This document shows positions 57,516-64,000 of a stretch of 64,000 nucleotides of DNA, piece by piece. Source of the DNA: an uncultured Thermococci archaeon. Its GTDB lineage: Archaea > Methanobacteriota_B > Thermococci > Methanofastidiosales > B48-G16. Numbering within the stretch: the stretch's first letter is position 1; each line of letters begins with the position of its first letter. The notes beneath the pieces were generated by a model. That model was not told the DNA's origin. It saw only the letters and a list, made by a program, of their open reading frames with translations, and searched no databases. Both the position numbers and the translations under genes were made by a program. The stretch is taken from the NCBI GenBank assembly GCA_964595645.1, contig CAZQQT010000002.1, positions 1-64,000 on the forward strand, written 5' to 3'.

Positions 57516-58586
57516 TCACAACTCTACTTGAGAATTATCCCCTAGTATCAACTTATGCCCCTTTGGGAGAGTATTGGATGAAGAGTTGATCTCACACCCG
57601 CTTCCAATCAAACTATCAAAAATTCGTTTGCCATCAATGATTTTTGTGTTATTCATCACGATTGACGATTCAACTTCAGTCTCTTGTATCGTCACGTTGT
57701 TGCCGATGGAAGTATATGGGCCAATGTATGCGTTAGGACCAACAGTACAATTTTTCCCAATAACACACGGGCCGCTCAGCACGCACCCCTCTTTTATCAC
57801 GCTTCCTTTTCCTAGGGATACTCTTCCCCTTATTTTTACTCCTTCTTCTACCATCCCATTATTAGTTGTCGAAATCCCATCCAGTATCAAATGATTTGCC
57901 TCCAGAATATCCTCAGGTTTGCCAGTGTCTTTCCACCAGTGTTCTGTGATAGACGCATTGATACTATGACCATGATCCATCAGCCACTGGATTGCATCGG
58001 TAATTTCTAACTCATCGCGCCATGAGGGGGAGATATTGTTTACCGCCTCGAAAACAGGTGCTCGGAATGCGTAGATCCCCACCAACGCTAAATCTGAAGG
58101 AGGGTCCTTCGGTTTCTCGATGAGTTGGACAACATTTCCATTATCATCTAGCTTTGCGACGCCGAACTGCTGCGGATTTCTCACATGGGTGAGAAGAATG
58201 TTCGCTGCACATCCTGAACGCTCAAACTCCTGCACGAACTGTTGGATTCCCTCTTTCAGTAAGTTATCGCCTAGGTACATCACGAAGGGATCGTCTTGGA
58301 TAAATTCTTGTGAGATTAACACTGCATGAGCCAGTCCCTTCGGGTATTTCTGTTCGATGTACGTGATACTCACTCCCCATCGTTCTCCATTGCCGATAGT
58401 CTCCATCACCTGCTCCTTGTTGGGGCCGTATACAACGCCAATATCGGTGATTCCAGCCTCGACAAGATCTTCTATTGCGTAGAATACTATTGGTTTGTTG
58501 GCGACCGGTATCAGCTGTTTTTGACTTGTGTGTGTGATCGGTCGTAGTCGTGTACCAAATCCTCCTGTGAGTACTAACCCTTTCAT
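57516..58586 (-). CDS. rmlA: Glucose-1-phosphate thymidylyltransferase (long form with left-handed beta-helix tail)
   Basis: GGFGTRLRPIT...KQLIPVANKP, ELEITDAI, WKDTG, hexapeptide repeats. Confidence 0.9.
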   Translation of the reverse strand: MKGLVLTGGFGTRLRPITHTSQKQLIPVANKPIVFYAIEDLVEAGITDIGVVYGPNKEQVMETIGNGERWGVSITYIEQKYPKGLAHAVLISQEFIQDDPFVMYLGDNLLKEGIQQFVQEFERSGCAANILLTHVRNPQQFGVAKLDDNGNVVQLIEKPKDPPSDLALVGIYAFRAPVFEAVNNISPSWRDELEITDAIQWLMDHGHSINASITEHWWKDTGKPEDILEANHLILDGISTTNNGMVEEGVKIRGRVSLGKGSVIKEGCVLSGPCVIGKNCTVGPNAYIGPYTSIGNNVTIQETEVESSIVMNNTKIIDGKRIFDSLIGSGCEINSSSNTLPKGHKLILGDNSQVEL

Positions 58587-59401
58587 GCTCTCATCCTCTG
58601 TAATCCTTTCTCTATCCCTACTAGATCTGTGTCTATTTTATTTTTAATTTTTTCTATCGAAAGTGACGAGTCCCGTGGTCTTCTTGCTATTTGATCTAAC
58701 TCTTCACTGATAATAGGTGTAATTAAACCTTTATCTAGGTCAAAAACTTCGGCAATTTTTAACGTGAAATCGTGTCTATTAACTCTTTCACTTCCTGCAG
58801 TGTGGTGCACACCGTGGAGGTTGTTCTCAGCGATTTCTAATAATACTTCCGCTAGATTATCTGCCGATGTGGGCGAGGTGTACTGATCTGTTACAATTTG
58901 TATCTTGTCATTCTTTTTTAGTTGTTTGATAACCCATGTGACGAAGTTCAGTCGTTCATGCCATCCATAGAGGACACTCGTCCGTGCGATCACATAGTCT
59001 TCACAAATTTCTTTGACTTTACGTTCTCCTTCTAGTTTCGTCTTTCCGTAGTAGTTGATAGGATGTGGTTCATCCGTTTCTTTGTACATCCCATTCTCCC
59101 CATCGAAAACGTAGTCTGTGGAGACGTAGATCATTCTAGCATCTACTTCCTGGCACGCCTTCGCAACATTCTCGGTTCCCTTCACGTTGACGTTCCACGC
59201 CTTTTCTTTCTCTACCTCACACCCATCGACATCTGTGAAGGCAGCACAGTGAATCACGACATCAGGGTTACTCCTACGAATGGATCTTCTAATTTTTTCT
59301 GTTGTAATGTCCACCCATCCCTGTGGGTAGACTTTACTATTCGAACAGTGAACAATTTTACTTCCTAAAAGTCCTGTCTGCCCAGTAACGAAGAGCTTCA
59401 A
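58583..59401 (-). CDS. rmlD: dTDP-4-dehydrorhamnose reductase
   Basis: TG..GLLG, HCAAFTDVDGCE, STDYVFDG, YGKTK; TTG start after a GGTGA SD. Confidence 0.92.
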   Translation of the reverse strand: MKLFVTGQTGLLGSKIVHCSNSKVYPQGWVDITTEKIRRSIRRSNPDVVIHCAAFTDVDGCEVEKEKAWNVNVKGTENVAKACQEVDARMIYVSTDYVFDGENGMYKETDEPHPINYYGKTKLEGERKVKEICEDYVIARTSVLYGWHERLNFVTWVIKQLKKNDKIQIVTDQYTSPTSADNLAEVLLEIAENNLHGVHHTAGSERVNRHDFTLKIAEVFDLDKGLITPIISEELDQIARRPRDSSLSIEKIKNKIDTDLVGIEKGLQRMRA

Positions 59402-59467
59402 TTGATCACCTACAATACTATGAGAGTAAAATATTTAAGTATTATCTCATTGTATATAGTGATTTTT

Positions 59468-59935
59468 ATGATAGAAGGTGTTGAAACAAAGAAATTAAAG
59501 GTAATTCCTGATGAACGCGGTTGGCTCATGGAGATTTTACGCTGTGATGATGATCTTTTCGAGAAGTTCGGCCAGGTGTACATTACCACTGCGTACCCTG
59601 GCATAGTCAAAGCGTGGCACTACCATAAGAAGCAGACCGACAACTTCACCTGTGTAAAGGGAATGATGAAGGTCGCCCTTTGCGATGGACGGGAGGATTC
59701 ATCCACATACAACGAGGTAAACGAGTTCTTTGTGGGAGAGAAAAATCCTCTGATGATAAAAGTTCCGCCCTTTGTGTACCATGGATTCAAAGCTATTGGA
59801 AATGAGACTGCGTATTTCTTAAGCGTCCCCACACTTCCGTACAACTACGAGGAGCCAGATGAGTACAGACTACCTCCCGACACCGATGAGATCCCCTACA
59901 ACTGGATCCTAGATCCCCATAAAAAACACGGGTGA
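59468..59935 (+). CDS. rmlC: dTDP-4-dehydrorhamnose 3,5-epimerase family
   Basis: DERGWLME, KAWHYH, VPP.VYHGF; start reassigned to 59468. Confidence 0.88.
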   Translation: MIEGVETKKLKVIPDERGWLMEILRCDDDLFEKFGQVYITTAYPGIVKAWHYHKKQTDNFTCVKGMMKVALCDGREDSSTYNEVNEFFVGEKNPLMIKVPPFVYHGFKAIGNETAYFLSVPTLPYNYEEPDEYRLPPDTDEIPYNWILDPHKKHG

Positions 59936-59939
59936 GACG

Positions 59940-60893
59940 GTGAAGCTTTTAGTGACTGGTGGCGCAGGATTTATCGGGAGTAATTTCATCCGATACATGC
60001 TCGATACGTATCCTGATTATGAAATCATCAATTTGGATAAGCTCACCTACGCAGGGAACCTGGACAACTTACGGGATGTGGAGGATGATCCACGGTACAC
60101 GTTCATTAAAGGCGATATCTGTGATAAAACAGTTGTGAAGAAAGCAATGAGAGATTGCGATGTTGCGATCAATTTCGCTGCTGAAAGCCATGTCGATAGG
60201 AGCATTGAAGGACCAGAGCCATTTATCAACACAGACGTCTTCGGTACCTTCGTCTTACTCGAAATGGCAAAAAAGTATGAACTAGAAAAATACGTTCAAA
60301 TTTCTACTGATGAAGTCTACGGTTCGATTCGAGAAGGATCCTTTAAAGAAACGGATCCACTCAAACCAAACTCACCATACTCGGCCTCAAAGGCTTCCGC
60401 CGATCTCTTGGCGAGGTCGTACTATGAAACCTACGGACTACCCGTAGTAATCACTCGTTCCAGCAACAACTACGGTCCGTACCAGTATCCAGAAAAGCTG
60501 ATCCCTTTGTTCACGATCAACGCGCTGAATAATGAGCCACTCCCTGTGTACGGTACCGGAGAGAACGTGAGGGACTGGCTCTACGTTCTTGATAATTGTT
60601 CGGGAATTGATACCGTTTTACATAAGGGAAAAGTTGGCGAAGTATATAATATCGGAGGCAACACAGAAAAAACGAACTTTGAAATCACTCGCTTCATTCT
60701 CGAAGAATTGGATAAACCCGAATCACTGATAGAGTTTGTGGAGGATAGACAGGGGCATGACTTCCGCTATGCGCTCGATACAACAAAAATCGAGCACATA
60801 GGGTGGGAACAGAAACATGAATTTGAAGATGCGATAAAGGAGACCATCGAGTGGTACAAAGCGAACGAGTGGTGGTGGAGAAAGGTAGTATAG
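59940..60893 (+). CDS. rmlB: dTDP-glucose 4,6-dehydratase
   Basis: TGGAGFIG, DKLTYAGN, AAESHVDRS, STDEVYG, YSASK, PEKLIP. Confidence 0.95.
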   Translation: MKLLVTGGAGFIGSNFIRYMLDTYPDYEIINLDKLTYAGNLDNLRDVEDDPRYTFIKGDICDKTVVKKAMRDCDVAINFAAESHVDRSIEGPEPFINTDVFGTFVLLEMAKKYELEKYVQISTDEVYGSIREGSFKETDPLKPNSPYSASKASADLLARSYYETYGLPVVITRSSNNYGPYQYPEKLIPLFTINALNNEPLPVYGTGENVRDWLYVLDNCSGIDTVLHKGKVGEVYNIGGNTEKTNFEITRFILEELDKPESLIEFVEDRQGHDFRYALDTTKIEHIGWEQKHEFEDAIKETIEWYKANEWWWRKVV

Positions 60894-60899
60894 GGATTT

Positions 60900-62300
60900 T
60901 CATAATTTCCCTTGCTTTTTCAGCTGCTCAATTTTTCCTCCGATCTTAATTTTCTCTATTTCTAATTTTTTTCCTGTTTCAAGATCTTCTAATTTTTTTA
61001 ATAGCTCTTTTCTAAGTTTTTCTACCTTTCCCATTCTTTCTGAGGATATATCTCTAATTTCTCTTGGATCTTCTTTTAAATCATAAAGTTCCATCTTTTT
61101 ACCCTTACAAATTAGTTTATAACGATCTGTTCTGTAACAATGCAACGTTATACCATTTTTAAAGGATTTTTTCTGATTGGGGTATGTACATTGAATTCCT
61201 TGAGAAAGCACAGTAGTTTTAGAAGAATTTTTTGATACAGAATTACCCATAAAATCAGATGATTTTTCTATATCAAGTATATCCATAAGTGTGGGAGCTA
61301 TATCAATCAGTCCAACTTGGGTTTTGAATTCTCTTTCATTCGAAATACGAGTTAGAATGTCTTTTGACTTACTCCAAAAAATTAAGGGGATATGTATTAG
61401 TTCATCAAAGAAATTAATTGGCATGTTTCTACCACCGTGACCATAATATTCTCTTTCACCTAGTGCTTGACCGTGATCTGCTGTAATAATTAGGAGGGTT
61501 TTCTTAAGATCACATAATTTCTCTAATTTTTCCATTAGTTCTCTTATTTTTTCATTTACACACCTAATTTCATTATCATAGAGATCAATGATCTTTTTTC
61601 TTCCTTTCAACGATAGACTATTAGGATCGTGTATTGTTTTATCCATAAGCTCTTTAATTTTCTCTTTCGGAATTTTTTCCCCAAAAAAAATCTTTTTAGG
61701 GATATATGGTTCGTGCACATCCATGTAATGGATCCAAAGGTAGAATCTTTTTTTTAATCGGTTTTCTAGAGAAGAAATAACTTCTTCATTAATTCTATCG
61801 GCACTGCTATATGGAGGGACTATCTTTTTTTCTCTAAAAACATCATATGCATTTTTAATAATATTATAAAATAAAGAATCTTTTTTAGTGTATCTCGTGA
61901 ATATTTTCTTTATTTTTGCCACACTCTTTCTTCGTACTCCAGTAATCAATGGATCTGTAAAAATTTCAAATCCCTTACTATAATTATACAGAGAAAAAAA
62001 GGGATTGGAATGAACTCCTATTGTGGAAAATCCTTCTTTATTTAGAGTTTCTGCGAGAGTAGTCCGTGTAGAAAGATCTGTATAATCACCTCCTCGAGTC
62101 AAAGGATACGTTGATGTTTGAAGGGAGGTAATTGATGCGGTGGTATAAGGGGCACTTGCTATAGCTTTTTTGAAAATAATACCCTCTCTAGCTAATCTAT
62201 CGATTGTTGGGCTAGTATTTCTTTTATAACCGTAGCAGCTCAGGTGATCTGCTCTTAAAGCGTCAATTGTGATCAAAATTATGTTTTCTATATCTTTCAC
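60900..62300 (-). CDS. Sulfatase-like hydrolase/transferase (no formylglycine motif)
   Basis: ITIDALRADHL, HYMDVHEPY, TADHG, HIPLI, ELYDL..DP.E. Confidence 0.85.
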   Translation of the reverse strand: MKDIENIILITIDALRADHLSCYGYKRNTSPTIDRLAREGIIFKKAIASAPYTTASITSLQTSTYPLTRGGDYTDLSTRTTLAETLNKEGFSTIGVHSNPFFSLYNYSKGFEIFTDPLITGVRRKSVAKIKKIFTRYTKKDSLFYNIIKNAYDVFREKKIVPPYSSADRINEEVISSLENRLKKRFYLWIHYMDVHEPYIPKKIFFGEKIPKEKIKELMDKTIHDPNSLSLKGRKKIIDLYDNEIRCVNEKIRELMEKLEKLCDLKKTLLIITADHGQALGEREYYGHGGRNMPINFFDELIHIPLIFWSKSKDILTRISNEREFKTQVGLIDIAPTLMDILDIEKSSDFMGNSVSKNSSKTTVLSQGIQCTYPNQKKSFKNGITLHCYRTDRYKLICKGKKMELYDLKEDPREIRDISSERMGKVEKLRKELLKKLEDLETGKKLEIEKIKIGGKIEQLKKQGKL

Positions 62301-62327
62301 TTTTACACCTATTATGTAGAGGTTTCA

Positions 62328-63728
62328 TCAAATTTTTCCCTCTCTTTTTAGCTTGTTTATCCCTGCACTGATCAATGATTTTTCTCCCTTTCTTTTTAAA
62401 TTGCTTACAAAATTAAGTAGGTCATTCTTATATCTATCGGCCAATCTAGGTTTTTCTTTCACAATGTTTTCCATTTCTTTCGGATCGCTTCCTAAGTCAT
62501 AAAGTTCTTCTCTTCCACCGTGGATCTTACCACAATATCTACAAAATGCCTTTTCGTCAGACTTTGAATAAATATACTTATGAGTTTTTGTACGTATGCA
62601 CATTTTTTTCTCTGTGTACGCTTCTTCTGCAAATATAAAGTCTCTAATTTTTTCTTTCCTTTTGATTAGGGGAAGCAAAGAAATTCCATCGACATTATTA
62701 CTTTTTCGTAGTCCCAGTATCTCCAAAATAGTTGGAAAAATATCCACGTGCTGGACGAATTCCTCTATTTCCATAGGATCAAATTTTTTTGGGCAAGAAA
62801 AAATCAAAGGTACCTTAATGCTTTCATCATAGAGCCCGTGGTGATCAAAATAAATACCATGTTCTGTCAGGCTTTCTCCATGATCTGAGGTTAGTATCAT
62901 AAGTGTATCATCAAAAATGTTGCAATTTTTTAGAGTTACCATTATTTCTTCGATTTTTTTGTCTATATACTTAATACACCCATCATATCTGGCCAACATT
63001 TCTGTAGTACTCTCTATTTCTTCTGTAAATTTTTTTAAGCGTTTTTTCCATTCACCATCTATTTCTTTTAGGATTTCATTTATATTGCGCTGTTCACGAT
63101 ATTTCGCTTTCAAAAAATTTCTAAAAAATTTTTTTGGAGGAGTATATGGAATGTGAGTATCCCAGTAATGGATAAAAAGAAAAAATGGATTTTCTCTGGT
63201 AGAGTGTTCCTTTATTTTGTTTATGGCAATCTTAGTATACATTTCCCCTAATTTTCTTCTTTTAGGAAAAATTTTTTTGTAGATTCTTCTTTCTATTTCC
63301 TTTAGAATTTGGGGTGATTTTTTATATACATTTTTGATAAAAGTCGAAAGGGTCTTTTCCTTGGGTAAATATTCCTTATAACCTTTTTTATGCCATCTAT
63401 TCAAAAAATCGATTCCTATTGTCTCGTATCCCTTTCTCTTGAGAATTTCTTGTAATAATACTGCTCCAGATCTTTCAAAAGTATTTATATGTTCCTTCCT
63501 TACTTTCTCTCCGTGAGTTTTTATACCGTGTGTGGAAGGATATTCTCCTGACAATATTGAAGTTATAGAAGAATCAGTTGCATTGGTAGTAGAAAAAGCA
63601 TTTTTAAAAAGAACTCCATTTTTAGCAAGTTCATCTATATTAGAACTCGTTGCTTTATCATATCCATAACAACCTAAATTTTTAGACCTTAAAGCATCTA
63701 TAATTATAATAATAATGTTCGGTCTCAT
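62328..63728 (-). CDS. Sulfatase-like hydrolase/transferase (no formylglycine motif)
   Basis: IDALR, HYWDTHIPY, SDHGE, DHHGLYDE, ELYDL..DP.E. Confidence 0.85.
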   Translation of the reverse strand: MRPNIIIIIIDALRSKNLGCYGYDKATSSNIDELAKNGVLFKNAFSTTNATDSSITSILSGEYPSTHGIKTHGEKVRKEHINTFERSGAVLLQEILKRKGYETIGIDFLNRWHKKGYKEYLPKEKTLSTFIKNVYKKSPQILKEIERRIYKKIFPKRRKLGEMYTKIAINKIKEHSTRENPFFLFIHYWDTHIPYTPPKKFFRNFLKAKYREQRNINEILKEIDGEWKKRLKKFTEEIESTTEMLARYDGCIKYIDKKIEEIMVTLKNCNIFDDTLMILTSDHGESLTEHGIYFDHHGLYDESIKVPLIFSCPKKFDPMEIEEFVQHVDIFPTILEILGLRKSNNVDGISLLPLIKRKEKIRDFIFAEEAYTEKKMCIRTKTHKYIYSKSDEKAFCRYCGKIHGGREELYDLGSDPKEMENIVKEKPRLADRYKNDLLNFVSNLKRKGEKSLISAGINKLKREGKI

Positions 63729-63819
63729 TTTTTTTACCTCTAAAATCTACACCTACATGTTTTTCTGTTAGATTTAAATATATTTCTAACTTCAAATTTT
63801 AAATTAAAATGGAAACAAT

Positions 63820-64000
63820 TTAATTAAATCTCAGATTATCATTGTTTATTTTATTTCTAAACAAAAAATTAATTCCGTCAAGAACACCACTTAGATACAT
63901 TTTAATTCCTTTTGAGTTCTCTATATTGATGAGGTGATATATCAATCTGAAGGTAAATTGCCCAAACATATATTCTAGAAGTTTTAATCCTGTTAATCTT
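63820..64000 (-). CDS. 3' end of a gene entering from beyond the window, possibly a GT2 glycosyltransferase
   Basis: Open frame RLTGLKLLEYMF...KMYLSGVLDGINFLF...FN*, stop at 63820; YL.G..DG tail and glycan-locus context. Confidence 0.45.
   Translation of the reverse strand, partial: RLTGLKLLEYMFGQFTFRLIYHLINIENSKGIKMYLSGVLDGINFLFRNKINNDNLRFN

Overview
Archaeal chromosomal segment. The linked oriC-cdc6-PolD DP1, FBP aldolase/phosphatase, Pth2, A-type ATPase, DUF356 and BRE/TATA promoters point to a Thermococci-related euryarchaeote such as Methanofastidiosia/Theionarchaea (inference). It contains a probable replication origin (two inverted ORB boxes at 18065-18251) and three tRNA genes (Val-TAC, Lys-CTT, Val-GAC). 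Housekeeping genes include ahcY, mtnP, purB, minD, prs, atpB/atpD and an FKBP. Accessory tracts start right after each tRNA-Val. There is also a tkt-tal-rpe operon, two HEPN/MNT pairs and a surface-glycan locus (ugd, galU, rmlABCD, three alkaline-phosphatase-superfamily enzymes). Best candidates for new biology: (1) a coupled ArsP-permease/thiol-redox operon (41.4-47.9 kb) containing a motif-divergent lipoate-protein ligase with no lipoyl-domain acceptor nearby; (2) a cyanobacterial-type sucrose-phosphate synthase + phosphatase pair in an archaeon (28.7-30.6 kb); (3) a shared C-terminal tail on three non-formylglycine sulfatase-like enzymes; (4) an origin-linked MinD / long coiled-coil / DUF2226-like trio. 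Several pseudogenes and fragments missing from the ORF track were reconstructed by hand. No CRISPR array, integrase or transposase was seen. Family assignments come from motif recognition only; no database searches were run and GC statements are by eye.
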